A stretch of DNA of 64,000 nt from an uncultured Spirochaetota bacterium (GCA_963734495.1 CAVTHK010000001.1:512001-576000); one strand, 5' to 3'. Positions 8,779 to 20,033 are shown, counted from the stretch's first letter. Numbers and translations: made by a program. The notes: generated by a model from the letters alone, not told the origin.

Positions 8779-11337
8779 ATGCCGGACACTTCGGGACCCG
8801 CCGGCGAGCGCGTCCTTCACCTGATCGTCTTTTCCCACCTCGACCTCACGTTCATGGGCAGCCACGAGGAGTGCCTCTCACGCGGGAACAAGGTGCTGGC
8901 CCGCGCGCTCGCGCTGCTCGACGAGCACGAGGACTTCAGGTTCCTCGTCGAGTACGCGCTGTTCATGCGGAACTACCTCGAGTGCCACCCGGAGGAACGG
9001 GACCGTGTCTCCCGCCACGTCCGCTCCGGCCGCCTGCAGATCGGCCTCGAGTGGAGCGGGATCTACCAGGCGTCGGAAGAGGAGGAGAACCTCATCCGCA
9101 ACGTGACGCTGGCGAAGCGCTATCTCGAGCGCGAGCTCGGCGCCTCGGGCCGCAGCGTCCAGCTCACGGACCTCCCGTCGTTCACGCCGCAGATGCCGCA
9201 GGTGCTGTCGAGGTGCGGGATCGACTTCTGCGTGATCACACGCGCCGGACCCGCGGACCATCCCCTCTTCCTGTGGAAGGCGCCCGACGGCTCCGAGGTG
9301 CTCGCCTGCTACACGCACGGCTACAACGAGGCGGCGCGGCTCGGCCTTCAGAGGGACTTCGACTCCATCGACCGGACCGCGGTCGAGCGCGAGGTATCCG
9401 AGAGGCTTTCGGCGGGCCCCATGGTCGTCCACTGGGGCAGCGACATGTACCTTCCCGCGTCGAAGCTCCCCGAGACGGTGCGCCGGTGGAACGCCGCCGG
9501 CTCGACGCCCGTCCGGCTCGACACGCTCGAGACCCTGCGGGCCGCGCTCCAGGGCCGCAAGGGTCTGCCCGCGCTCCGCGGCGACATGCCGAGCGTCTGG
9601 CCTTACGCCCTCGCCGCCCACGCGGACGTGACCTCGCATGACGGCAGGGCGAACGCGTGGGTCTCCCTCGCAGAGCGCCTCGCCACCCTCGGGTGGCTGC
9701 TCGGAGAGCCCTACCCGGCCCAGGAGATCGGCAGCGCCTGGGAGACGCTGCTGTTCGCCCGCGACCACAACTTCAGCGGGAAAGGGGCGGCCGAGGGGCA
9801 GCGGCGAAAGCTCGCCGACCGCCTGCGGGCGATGACCGCCGGCGAGGAGATCGCGCGGAGCGCCTTTGCCAGGATAGCGGAGCGCGTGCAGGCGCCGGAG
9901 CAGAGCGTGCCGATCGTCGTGTTCAACGGCCACCTGTGGCCGGTCACGGCCCCGGTGACAGCCCACGTCACGCTGTACCCGCACGAGACGGGAGACCGCG
10001 GGCTACTCGACATCTTCGGAGACAGGGAGCTCTTCGCTTCGCAACGGCTGCCGGTGCTCCGGGACTGCGAAGGCCGCTCGGTGGCGTACCAGATCGTCGA
10101 GGACAAGCGCAGCACTCTCGGCGAGATGACGATCGTCTTCGAGGCGTCCGAGGTCCCTTCGTTCGGCTACACGACCTATCGGCTGGAACCGGGGGAAGAG
10201 GCAGCGCGCGCACCTCGATGCCAATTGACCCGGCCGTCCTGGTTCCGGGCCTCCCCCGGCCGCATCCTCGTCCGATCGCGCACCACTCAGGTCGAGGTCG
10301 ATGAGCGCAGCGGCGAGCTCCACCTGCGCGATGTCGGAAGCGGCAAGCGCCTGCTCGCGTCGGTGGTGCCCGTCGGCATCGAGGAGGCGCACATCGAGGC
10401 GCTCCGCGAAGCGCCTCCCCGCGGCCTGTCTCAGGATTTTCCGGACGAGGAGATCCGCGCCGGCTTCGAGGCGGGCAGCGTCGAAGTCACCGAGCACGGC
10501 CCGGTCCGCACCTGCCTGAGGATCAGCGGGACCGTGCTCTCGCGCCCGGTCGTGGAGACGATCTCGATCTACCCGGACGATCACTTCGACGTCGACCTGA
10601 GGATCACGTGGGACAGGGCTCAGTGGGGCAGGATCGAGCTGCAGTGCCTCACCCCGGGCCGCGCCGGCGACACGGAGTACGGGGTGCCCTTCGGCCGGAG
10701 CGCCTGGAACGAGACGCTGCCGGGCTCGGGGCCCTCGCCGTTGCGGCCCGACGAAGCTTCGCCTGCCGCGTGGGCCGCGATGCGGATCGCCCAGAAGTGG
10801 CTCAGGCTCGAGTCGCCGGCCGGCCCGGTCACGATCGCCACTCAGCAGCGCCTGTGGCGGCAGGACGGCGACGGGCTTCACGCGGTGCTCGTGCGCGGCG
10901 GACGAATGGCCGGGTCGTTCGCCACGACCTGCGAGCTCGACTTCTCGTTCTCGTTCCATGCCGGCCGCGCCGCGGAGCGCGCGCCGCATCGGCTGGGAGC
11001 CGCCGGGGCGATGCCGCTGCTCGCGTACGTGGTCAACGACACATCGAGCCGCAAGACGCTGCCGCCGTCAAAGAGCTGGGTCTCGGCCGAGGGCGCGGAC
11101 GTGGTGATGACCGCCTTCAAGCCGGCAGACGAGCCCGACCGCGTGATCCTGCGCTTCTTCGAGGCGACAGGGAAAGAGGGCAAGGTGAAGGTAAGCTTCG
11201 CGCCCGAGCTCCGCGTCGACGCCAGGGGTCGGGCCTGCAGCCTGTCCGAGGAGCCGACATCGCCCGAGACCGGCGCATTCGCGGTCTCGGCGTGGGAAAT
11301 CGCGACGCTGGCCTTCGCCCGAGCTGCGCCCCGCTGA
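8779..11337 (+). CDS. Glycoside hydrolase family 38-like (alpha-mannosidase-like) protein
   Basis: SHLDL Zn motif, EENLIRN, PQMPQVL, FLWKAPDGSEV, C-terminal AFKPADE...ILRFFE. Confidence 0.8.
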   Translation: MPDTSGPAGERVLHLIVFSHLDLTFMGSHEECLSRGNKVLARALALLDEHEDFRFLVEYALFMRNYLECHPEERDRVSRHVRSGRLQIGLEWSGIYQASEEEENLIRNVTLAKRYLERELGASGRSVQLTDLPSFTPQMPQVLSRCGIDFCVITRAGPADHPLFLWKAPDGSEVLACYTHGYNEAARLGLQRDFDSIDRTAVEREVSERLSAGPMVVHWGSDMYLPASKLPETVRRWNAAGSTPVRLDTLETLRAALQGRKGLPALRGDMPSVWPYALAAHADVTSHDGRANAWVSLAERLATLGWLLGEPYPAQEIGSAWETLLFARDHNFSGKGAAEGQRRKLADRLRAMTAGEEIARSAFARIAERVQAPEQSVPIVVFNGHLWPVTAPVTAHVTLYPHETGDRGLLDIFGDRELFASQRLPVLRDCEGRSVAYQIVEDKRSTLGEMTIVFEASEVPSFGYTTYRLEPGEEAARAPRCQLTRPSWFRASPGRILVRSRTTQVEVDERSGELHLRDVGSGKRLLASVVPVGIEEAHIEALREAPPRGLSQDFPDEEIRAGFEAGSVEVTEHGPVRTCLRISGTVLSRPVVETISIYPDDHFDVDLRITWDRAQWGRIELQCLTPGRAGDTEYGVPFGRSAWNETLPGSGPSPLRPDEASPAAWAAMRIAQKWLRLESPAGPVTIATQQRLWRQDGDGLHAVLVRGGRMAGSFATTCELDFSFSFHAGRAAERAPHRLGAAGAMPLLAYVVNDTSSRKTLPPSKSWVSAEGADVVMTAFKPADEPDRVILRFFEATGKEGKVKVSFAPELRVDARGRACSLSEEPTSPETGAFAVSAWEIATLAFARAAPR

Positions 11338-11498
11338 GGCGGCGCGCGAGCGCACGACCGCGGGCGGGTGCCTTCCCCCTCAACTATCTCTTGTCCCGGA
11401 GTGCCAGGCGGTCCAGGCGCTACGAAACCTCGGCGGCCGGACGCATTTTGTTGACTTGCAAACTCGTGTATAGATAGCTTTGGCGCCGAGGAAGACAC

Positions 11499-12272
11499 AT
11501 GACAAAAGGCAAGACGATGGTTGTTCTCGCGGCCGCGGCGCTGCTGCTCGCAGGCATCGCGTACGCGGAGGATCTCACCGATGCCGCGGCGCCCAACGTT
11601 TCATTCCAGGGCGCCGGGGGCGTCACGCTGCACGGCTACCTCGCCGTGCCGCAAGGCTCGGGCGTCCATCCCGCGGTCCTGATGATCCACGAGTGGTGGG
11701 GGCTGAACCGCGACATCACGCACCTCGCGGACGCGCTCGCGGCCCAGGGCTTCGTGGTGCTCGCCGCCGACGGTTACCGCGGCGGCGTGGCCAAGGACGC
11801 GGGCGCCGCCACCAGGCTGGTGACCCAGACGCCCGCGCCGCAGGTTGCCGGCGACCTCGACGCGGCCCTCTCGTACCTCAAGAGCCTCCCGGGCGTGGAT
11901 CCCGCGCACGTGGCGTCGCTGGGATTCTGCTGGGGCGGGACGCAGTCGATGTACCTGGGCACCCGCGATCCCGGGCTCGCGGCCGTCGTGATCCTCTACG
12001 GGCCCGGCCCGATCCAGGACGCGTCGAAGCTCGGAAAGATGAACCAAGCCGGTCCGGTTCTCGGCATCTTCGGCGCGGATGATCCCAACATCCCGCAGCC
12101 CCAGGTGAAAGGATTCCAGGCCGCCCTCAACGCCGCCGGCATCGCGAACACGATCACGGTCTACCCCGGAGTGGGGCACGCCTTCGTGAAGACCGCCACC
12201 TACCAGGACGGCAAGGCCGCACAGCAGGCGTGGCAGCAGGTGATCGACTTCCTGCACGGCAACCTGGGCTGA
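11499..12272 (+). CDS. Dienelactone hydrolase family protein, exported
   Basis: HEWWGLN, GFCWGG, YPGVGHAF; N-terminal signal peptide. Confidence 0.9.
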   Translation: MTKGKTMVVLAAAALLLAGIAYAEDLTDAAAPNVSFQGAGGVTLHGYLAVPQGSGVHPAVLMIHEWWGLNRDITHLADALAAQGFVVLAADGYRGGVAKDAGAATRLVTQTPAPQVAGDLDAALSYLKSLPGVDPAHVASLGFCWGGTQSMYLGTRDPGLAAVVILYGPGPIQDASKLGKMNQAGPVLGIFGADDPNIPQPQVKGFQAALNAAGIANTITVYPGVGHAFVKTATYQDGKAAQQAWQQVIDFLHGNLG

Positions 12273-12312
12273 TCGCGCCGCTGTCGGGGACGCCCGGCCC
12301 GGCGCTCGGGCC

Positions 12313-13843
12313 TCAGGTGCGCGGCTTGCCCTGGCGCTTGTCCTCGCGCAGCTCCTCGACGCTCTTGGTCGGGAGACGCGCCGCGCCCGCGGTGCCGCGC
12401 GTGCCGAGAGGCTTCTCGCTCGCGAGCCTCTTTCGAGCCGCCGGAATCTCGCCGCTGTACTGCGGCAGCCAGCGCGCCTGCGCCACGAGCATCTCGTCGG
12501 TCATCTGCCAGATCTCCGGCGGGTTGCAGACCGCGCCGGTCAGCGGGTCCATCATCATCGCCTGCTTGAGCAGCGTCGACGTCGCCGCGCACGGCCGCCT
12601 CGCACCGCCAGCCGCTGCACGCGTGACGCTGGCGTTGCAGATGGCCGCGCAGCCCAGCGGCAGGTCGCCGACGCGCGGGATGCTGATGCCGTTGCGGTCC
12701 ACGTAGCCGGGCACCTCGACGATGCAGTCGGCGGGCAGGTTGGTGATGCAGCCGTCGTTGACCACGTTGAAGTGGCCGCGGTAGAGGCGGCCGGTCTCGA
12801 GCGCCTCGATGATGTAGCTGCCGTGCTCGTCGCCGCGGTTCTCGGGGGCGAAGCGCGGCGGCTCCTCCTTCGAGCCAGCTGCGGGAAGTCGGTCTCGAAC
12901 CAGTTGCGCCCCTCGGTGCAGACGCGCAGGTAGCCGCCCGTCTCGCCGTTGATCCAGCGGCCGAGGTCGATCCACCTGCGGATCTCGTCGGGGCGCTTGC
13001 GGTACCACGGCACGTACTCGCGACAGGTGGCCGTTGGACTCGGTGCTGTAGTAGCCGAAGCGGCGCAGCACGTCGATGCGCACCTTCTCGGTGCCTGCGA
13101 GTAGACCGGGTGCTTCTCGAAGCCCTCCAGCAGCCGGCCGGTCCAGTCCTCGCCCTTGTAGCGCACCTGGATGTACCAGGTCTGGTGGTTGATGCCGGCG
13201 CAGATGATGTCGACCTCGCTCTTGGCGACCTTGACGTAGCCGGGCGAGTCGCGGGCCCTGCCGTCGTTGACCAGCAGCTCGATCACCTCGGCGATCTGCT
13301 GGTGGCCGCCCTGGACGCCGTGGCACAGGCCGATCGGTGCGGACCCCGCCGTACTCGTTGCGCCGCCCACGTGTTCATCGCGTTGGGGTTGGCGTAGTTC
13401 AGGAACAGGCACGTCGGCGGCGGCCACCTCGCGGATGTCCTTGCAGAAGTCGAGGACGCACGGGGATGTTGCGCTGGCCGTACATGATGCCGCCGGCGCA
13501 CAGCGTGTCGCCGACGCACTGGTCGACGCCGTACTTCAGCGGGATGTCGATGTCCAGCTGCGAAGGCCTCCAGGCCGCCGATGCGCGTCGCAGTTGATGA
13601 CGTAGTCGGCCCCGTCGAGCGCGCGCGCGGCGGTCGAGGCGTCGGCGATGATCCGTGGCGGCGAGCCTGTTGGCCTCGATGTCCCGCTCGGCAGAGCCGG
13701 GTGACCATGTCCAGGTTGCGCTCGCTGATGTCGGTGAAGGCGAACTCCGTGTCGCCGAGCTCCGGCACGGTGAGGATGTCCCGCAACAGCTTGCGGGTGA
13801 ACCCGATGCTGCCCGCGCCGATGACCGCGACCTTGATTGCCAT
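12313..13843 (-). CDS. Glycoside hydrolase family 4 (NAD-dependent alpha-galactosidase/glucosidase), multiply frameshifted
   Basis: KVAVIGAGSIGFT, LNYANPN, IGLCHGVQG, AGINHQ, STESNGHLS, AMMMDPLTGAV spread over several frames. Confidence 0.85.
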
Positions 13844-13959
13844 GAGAATCTCCCGTCGGTGGAATGCTCACCGCATCATACGCCAAAGCGGGCGGCCTTG
13901 GAATCGAGGATCGGCCCCCCATGGCCCCTCCGCCGGCCCGCCCGGCGCCCGTGGCGCCC

Positions 13960-14815
13960 CTACCCCTTGACGGCGCCCGCCGTGAGGCCCTCGACGATGT
14001 AGCGGTGCGCGAACGCAAACAGCAGCAGGACCGGCAGGGTCGTCACGGTCGCCCCGGCGGTCAGCGCGCCCCACTCCGTGCCCCAGACGCCCAGCAGGCG
14101 CGCCACCTCGACGGTGAGCGTGCGCGCGGTGGCGGTGCTGGTGAACGTGTTCGCGAACAGGAAGTCGTTCCACGCTCTGAGGAACGCGTACACGCTGGTC
14201 GTCATCAGGCCGGGCGCGGAGAGCGGGAATGACGATCAGGATCGAGGATCTGCAGCGAGTGCGCGCCGTCGATGAAGGCGCTTTCGAACATCTCCTGCGG
14301 CAGGCTCATGAAGTAGGAGGCCGCGAGGAGAAAGCAGAAGGGGATGGTGAAGGTGGCGTAGCTCACGATCAGGCCGTAGTAGGTGTCGAGCAGGCGGTAG
14401 TTCTTCAGGATGATGTACAGCGGCACGATGATCAGGATCGACGGGATCATCTGCAGCATCAGGATGAACCGCGAGATGACCTGCCGCCCCGCATCTTGAG
14501 GATGCTGATCGCGTAGGCCGCCGGGACGACCACGACGAAGCTGAGGACCACGGTCGCGAGGGAGATCACCGTGCTGTTGAAGAAGTAGCGTCCGAAGTGG
14601 CCGAACGTGAACACGGTCCGGTAGTGCTCGAGCGTCAGCGCGGCGGAAGCAGAGACATCGTGCGGGACGTGATGTACCTGTCCGGCTTGAGCGAGGTGCG
14701 TCACGACCCAGAAGAAGGGGAATGCCACGTAGAGCACGAGCAGAGCGAGCAGGACGTAGACGACCGCGCGCTCGGCGGCGCGGCCGAGGCGTCTTGCGAA
14801 CCGGGCGCCGATCAT
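13960..14815 (-). CDS. Carbohydrate ABC transporter permease, frameshifted
   Basis: YFFNSTVIS, EAA-like ESAFIDGA, AWNDFLFA, YIVEGLTAGAVKG. Confidence 0.85.
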
Positions 14816-15711
14816 TCGGCTCGTCCGCCTGCAGCCTGTTGACCCTCGCGTAGGAGGGTCCCGACCGTCACCGCGAGCACGAGGAGCAGGAAGACGCCGA
14901 TGGCCGCGGCGTACCCCATCTCGAAATGCTCGAACGCGTACGAGTACAGCAGCGTCGGGAGGACCTCCGTCGCGTGCAGCGGCCCGCCCGCCGTGAGCAG
15001 GTAGATGACGTCGAAGTTGGTAAAGGTCCATATCAGGTGAAGGACCACGATCACCATGGCGACGTTCCTGATGCCCGGCAGCGTGATGTGGCGGAAGCGC
15101 GCGAAGCGGGAGGCCCCGTCCACGTGCGCCGCCTCGTACAGCTCCCGCGGCACCGTCGAGAGCCCCGCGAGCAGCGTGATCGTGTAGAAGGGAAAGCTGC
15201 GCCAGACGTTGATGAAGATGCAGACCCCCATGACCAGCTTGAGATCGCCGAGCCAGTTCGTGGTGAGGAAGTCGTGAAAGCCCGTCAGGTCCATCAGCTG
15301 GTTGACGAAGCCGATGTTCGGGGCGAGCATGAAGCGCCAGATCAGCGAGTTGATGGCGATCGGCACGGCCCAGGGCAGGAGCACGAGCGCCTTGAGAAAG
15401 TTCCTGAGAGGCGCCCTGGGGCTGTTGAGGAGAAGCGCGGATCCGAGTCCGAGAAGGAACTCGAACACGACCGAGCCGAGGGTGAACACGACGGTGTTCG
15501 CGAGGGCGGGAAAGAGCAGCCGCTCCTTTGTGAAGAGCCGGACAAAGTTGCCGAACCCGACCCAGCGCTCGGCGGCCGGATTCATCAGGTCCTTCGAGCG
15601 GAAGCCCAGGACGATGGCGTCCACGAACGGGTAGAGCCCGACCGCGGTCACCAGCACGACGAGCATCGCGAGGTAGAGATACTGGGACCGGCCCTGCGTG
15701 CTGCGAACCAT
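14812..15711 (-). CDS. Carbohydrate ABC transporter permease
   Basis: WVGFGNF, LYEAAHVDGASRFARFRHITLP, LTAGGP. Confidence 0.92.
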   Translation of the reverse strand: MVRSTQGRSQYLYLAMLVVLVTAVGLYPFVDAIVLGFRSKDLMNPAAERWVGFGNFVRLFTKERLLFPALANTVVFTLGSVVFEFLLGLGSALLLNSPRAPLRNFLKALVLLPWAVPIAINSLIWRFMLAPNIGFVNQLMDLTGFHDFLTTNWLGDLKLVMGVCIFINVWRSFPFYTITLLAGLSTVPRELYEAAHVDGASRFARFRHITLPGIRNVAMVIVVLHLIWTFTNFDVIYLLTAGGPLHATEVLPTLLYSYAFEHFEMGYAAAIGVFLLLVLAVTVGTLLREGQQAAGGRAE

Positions 15712-15730
15712 GGCGGCATTTCGCCGAAAG

Positions 15731-15761
15731 CCATCCTCCCTCCTCGAGGGAGGGAGGATGG
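15731..15761. other. Intercistronic 13-bp stem-loop after the sugar-binding protein gene
   Basis: CCATCCTCCCTCC-tcgag-GGAGGGAGGATGG with perfect arms and no U-tract. Confidence 0.6.
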
Positions 15762-15782
15762 TCCAGCGGTGGAGTTGCCGGT

Positions 15783-17087
15783 CTACTTCTTGTTCACGGT
15801 CGAGTCAAGGCTGTCCTTGACCTTGTTGTAGTAGTCCTTCGCCGCGGCCTCGGGCGTCATCCGCTTGTAGAGCACTTCCTGCACGTCCTCCATGCTGCCC
15901 TTGAGGATGCCCGCCGTCGGGACCGGGGGCATGGGCTTTCCGTTCGGGACGGTCTTGAAGAACATGTCGCGCCAGACGGGGTCCGCGACCCAGTACGGCG
16001 ACTGCGCGCTGTCGGTCCTCGGCGGAAGGTTCCCGGTGCGGGTGATGTAGACCATGTTGTCGCGGCTGTACATCCACTTCATGAAGTCCCAGGCTTCCTT
16101 CTTGAACTTCGCGAACTTGCTGATGCCCTCGACCTTGACCTCGAGATATGTGGCCGGGACACGAGCGTAGGGGTACGGGGCGGTCTTCCAGCTCTTGCCG
16201 GTCTCCGCCTGGTCCGAGCGGCGCTTCATCCAGGCGCCGTCCTGGCACATGGCGAACGTCCCGGCCTGGAAGCCGGGATCCAGCTCGGTGTACTCCCAGC
16301 CGAGCGAGAACTCGGGCGCCGACTTGTCGGTGAACATCAGGTCATAGTAGAGCTGGAACACGTCCTTCGCCTGCTCGAGCGTGAAGCCGGGCACCCAGCG
16401 GTCGCCTTCCTTCTTCGCGAGGTCGCCGCCCGTCGACCACAGGTGGATCGCGAACTCCTGCGGTCCGCGGATCGCCTTGCTCGAGGAGCAGAACGCGAAG
16501 CCGAAGAGGTCCGGCTTGCCGTCGCCGGTGGTGTCCTGGGTCAGCTTCTTCGCGGTCTCGCGCAGGTCGGTCCAGGTCACCGGCACCTTCGCGATGCCGG
16601 CCTTGCCGAAGATGTCCTCGCGGTAGAGCAGCACGCGCGTGGAGGCCGTGCTCGGGATGCCGTAGATCTTGCCGCTGGCCGTCGCGACGTTCCAGGTCGC
16701 CTGCGGGAACTTGTCGGCGTCGGGCCACGCCTTGACGTTCGGCGTCAGGTCCTCGAGGATCCCCATCAGCGTGAACTCAGGGATCCACTCGCCGAGCATG
16801 TGCATCACCTCGGGGCCCTGCTGGGCCTGCCCCGCGACGATGTACTTCTGCTTGAGGTCGGCGTAGACCATCGTGTTCCACTTGATGGTCACCCCGGGGT
16901 GCGCCTTCTCGTACTCCTTCTGCTTTTCCTGATGCGAGATCCCGTCCACGTTCGTGGCCGGGTCGAACACGTTCCAGATCTCGATCGTGGCGGGTCCCCC
17001 CTTGGGTGCCGCCCCCTCCGTCCCTCCCGAGGCGAACAGAGCCGCCGCCGCGAAGGACGCGGCGCAGATGACCGATAGTCTCTTCAT
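15783..17087 (-). CDS. Sugar ABC transporter substrate-binding protein
   Basis: Signal MKRLSVICAASFAAAALFASG, RBS AAGGAGG, GKIYGIP...LLYREDIF...PVTWTDL. Confidence 0.92.
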   Translation of the reverse strand: MKRLSVICAASFAAAALFASGGTEGAAPKGGPATIEIWNVFDPATNVDGISHQEKQKEYEKAHPGVTIKWNTMVYADLKQKYIVAGQAQQGPEVMHMLGEWIPEFTLMGILEDLTPNVKAWPDADKFPQATWNVATASGKIYGIPSTASTRVLLYREDIFGKAGIAKVPVTWTDLRETAKKLTQDTTGDGKPDLFGFAFCSSSKAIRGPQEFAIHLWSTGGDLAKKEGDRWVPGFTLEQAKDVFQLYYDLMFTDKSAPEFSLGWEYTELDPGFQAGTFAMCQDGAWMKRRSDQAETGKSWKTAPYPYARVPATYLEVKVEGISKFAKFKKEAWDFMKWMYSRDNMVYITRTGNLPPRTDSAQSPYWVADPVWRDMFFKTVPNGKPMPPVPTAGILKGSMEDVQEVLYKRMTPEAAAKDYYNKVKDSLDSTVNKK

Positions 17088-17204
17088 GCAAGCCTCCTTT
17101 TCCCCTGACACGAAACTCGGGGAGCTATCCTAAACCTTTGCGCGCCGACCCGCAAACGGCGCAGCCGAAGCCAGCCAAAGCCTTTCGTCGCAGGCCGCCG
17201 GCCC

Positions 17205-18191
17205 TCAGATCCGGCTCCGCCGCCTCAGCCACAGCCACATACAGCCGGGCAGCGCGGCGATCACCGCAACCACGACGATGAATGCCACGCTCCCCGTCGA
17301 CCCCGGCGGCGGGGCCTGCGGCGAAAAGAAGTTCATGCCGAAGAACCCCGTGATGAACGAGATCGGCATGAAGAAGGTGGTGATGAGCGTGAGGGTCTTC
17401 ATCACCTCGTTCATGCGGTTGTTGATGGAAGAGAGATAGGTTTCCAGCACTCCCGCGGCGAGGTCGCGCATGCTCTCCACGATGTCGTAGAGGCGCACGA
17501 GATGGTCGTACACGTCGCGGAAATACGGACGCACCGCCGCCTCCACGACGGCGTACTGGTCGCGCGCCAGGCGCCCCAGCACGTCGCGCTGCGGCGCGAC
17601 GATGCGCCGCAGATGGAGGAGCGCGCGCTTGAGTGCGAGGACCTCCGGCAGAACCGCAGGGGTCGGCCGCCCGATGATGCGCTCCTCGGCGTCCTCGAGC
17701 GCCTCGTCGATCGCGTCGGCGGCGGGCATGTGGCCGGCCACCAGCTCGTCGACGAGCTGGTAGAGCAGCCGCGCAGCGCCTCCCGCGGCGGCGCGGGGGT
17801 CCCGCACGCACGCCGCGAGCGTCCGCTCCACGCAGTCGAGGTCCTCTTCGTGGTGGGTGACGAGATAGTTCGGTCCGAGGAAGATGTCGAGCTCGCGCGT
17901 GGTGAGCTTGCGGGATCCGTCGCCAGCGAAATGCACCGCGTGCAGCACGATGTAGAGGTACCCGCCCCAGTCGTCCACCTTGGGCACGTGCGTCTCCTGG
18001 ATCGCATCGTCGACCGCGAGGGGATGAAAATGGAACGTGTCCAGGAGAATCCTCTCATCCCCGGGCACGGCTTCGTTGAACAGGTCTACCCAGATCGTCG
18101 CGCCGGTCTCTTCGAGGATCGAAGGGAAACGTTCGGGGGGGACGCCGGTCTCGATGGAGCCGTCGGCGTGGCGGACAAGGGCGCGCACCAT
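17205..18191 (-). CDS. corA: Magnesium/cobalt transporter CorA
   Basis: FHFHPLAVDD, MNEVMKTLT, FFGMNF signature. Confidence 0.92.
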   Translation of the reverse strand: MVRALVRHADGSIETGVPPERFPSILEETGATIWVDLFNEAVPGDERILLDTFHFHPLAVDDAIQETHVPKVDDWGGYLYIVLHAVHFAGDGSRKLTTRELDIFLGPNYLVTHHEEDLDCVERTLAACVRDPRAAAGGAARLLYQLVDELVAGHMPAADAIDEALEDAEERIIGRPTPAVLPEVLALKRALLHLRRIVAPQRDVLGRLARDQYAVVEAAVRPYFRDVYDHLVRLYDIVESMRDLAAGVLETYLSSINNRMNEVMKTLTLITTFFMPISFITGFFGMNFFSPQAPPPGSTGSVAFIVVVAVIAALPGCMWLWLRRRSRI

Positions 18192-18302
18192 GGAGCGAGC
18201 CTATTCGAACTTCATCGCCGCGTAAAGGCCGGCCCGGAACGGAGCGGCCGCCGCGGCGCGGAGGCGAGCGCGCCGCGGCGGCCTTCTTCGATTTCTACAA
18301 TC

Positions 18303-19722
18303 CTACATGTCGAAGTACAGCACGTACTCCCAGGGATGCGGCCTGAGGGCCAGGGCCTTCACCTCGTTCGTCATCTTGTAGTCGATCCAGGTGTCGATGA
18401 CGTCGGGCGTGAACACGTCGCCCTTGAGCAGGAACTCGTGGTCCGCCTTGAGGGCGTTGAGCGACCCCTCGAGGCTGCCCGGCGTCGTGGGGACCTTGGC
18501 GAGCTCCTCGGGCGGGAGGTCGTAGAGGTCCTTGTCGAGCGGTCCGCCCGGGTCGAGCTTGTTGAGGATCCCGTCCATGGCCGCCATGGTGATGGCGCTG
18601 AAGGTCAGGTACGGGTTGCACGACGGGTCGGGGCAGCGGAACTCGATCCGCTTGGCCTTGGCGCTCTTGGAGTACATCGGGATGCGCACCGCGGCGGAGC
18701 GGTTGCGGCTCGAGTAGGCCAGGTTGACCGGGGCCTCGAAACCCGGCACCAGGCGCTTGTAGCTGTTGGTCGTCGGGCTGGCAAAGGCCAGGATCGCGGG
18801 CGCGTGCTTGATGATGCCGCCGATCGCGTAGAGCGCCTGCTGGCTCAGGCCGGCGTACTTGTCACCGGCAAAGTTGTTCTTGCCGCCCTTCCACAGCGAG
18901 AAGTGGGTGTGCATGCCGCTGCCGTTGTCGTTCCAGATCGGCTTGGGCATGAACGTGACGGTCTTGTTGTGCTTCTTGGCGACGTTCTTGATGACGTACT
19001 TGTACTTGAGCATCTTGTCGGACATCGCGAGCAGCGTGTCGAAGCGCATGTCGATCTCGCTCTGGCCGGCAGTGGCGACCTCGTGGTGCTGAGCCTCGAT
19101 CTCGATGCCCACGCTCTCGAGGGTGAGCAGCATCTCGCTGCGGATGTCCTGGAACTTGTCGTTGGGCGGGACCGGGAAGTAGCCTTCCTTGTACCGGATC
19201 TTGTAGCCGAGGTTCGGGTTCTCCTCGCGGCCGGTGTTCCAGCGGCCTTCGATCGAGTCGATGTAGTAGTAGCCGGAGTGCTCGTTCTGGTCGTAGCGGA
19301 CGTCGTCAAAGATGAAGAACTCCGCCTCGGGCCCGATGAACGCCTGGTCCGCGATCCCGCTCGCCTTGACATAGGCCTCGACCTTGGTGGCGATGTGACG
19401 CGGGTCGCGGGAGTAGTCCGCGCCGGTGATCGGGTCGCAGATGTTGCAGATCATGACGAGCGTCTTGTGCTCGGTGAACGGGTCGAGGAACGCGGTGTCG
19501 GCGACAGGCTTGACGAGCATGTCGCTCTCGTTGATGGCCTGCCACCCGCGGATGCTCGAGCCGTCGAAGCCGAGCCCCGCTGCTGAACGTGTCCTCCTCG
19601 ATCACGTGCGCCGGCACCGAGAAGTGCTGCCACAGTCCCGGAAAGTCCATGAAGCGCAGGTCTACGATCTGCACCTTCTCCTTTGCGATGAAGTCCACGA
19701 CTTCCTTGCCTGTTTTGAACAT
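18303..19722 (-). CDS. glnA: Glutamine synthetase type I (single frameshift near 19580)
   Basis: [55 protein letters not shown] adenylylation site. Confidence 0.95.
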
Positions 19723-19789
19723 AACTGCTCCTTGATCGCGTGCGATTGCCTACGCCTGCCAGGTCTGGGCGACAGGTCGTACAAGGATA

Positions 19790-19805
19790 AGCAAGACTCG
19801 TGCCG
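19790..19805 (-). promoter_or_regulatory. Sigma-54 (-24/-12) promoter of glnA
   Basis: Reverse strand CGGCACGAGTCTTGCT is GG-N10-GC, close to the TGGCACG-N4-TTGC consensus, about 70 nt upstream of the ATG. Confidence 0.75.
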
Positions 19806-20033
19806 TCTTCTGCGCTCAGGGCCTCGGGGGCCGAAGAAGGTCCTGAAAGGGTTCCCGAACGCCCCGCTGCGCGCGCCGCCGAGTGCAAATTTCGCAGTCT
19901 GCGTCCCGCAGTCGCACAAGCGGGCGCAGGCGTCGCTACGGAAACGTCGTGCGAACACCCCGCCTCCTACAGGAATGTAGGCTCACTCGTCGTGAGGCGG
20001 CCCTGTCCGCGAGCGGCGAGGGCCGGGCCCGGG

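Noticed and set aside
19520-19722. Programmed frameshifting in glnA or other split genes
   Set aside because: No slippery heptamer seen; the many scattered indels are better explained by sequencing error.
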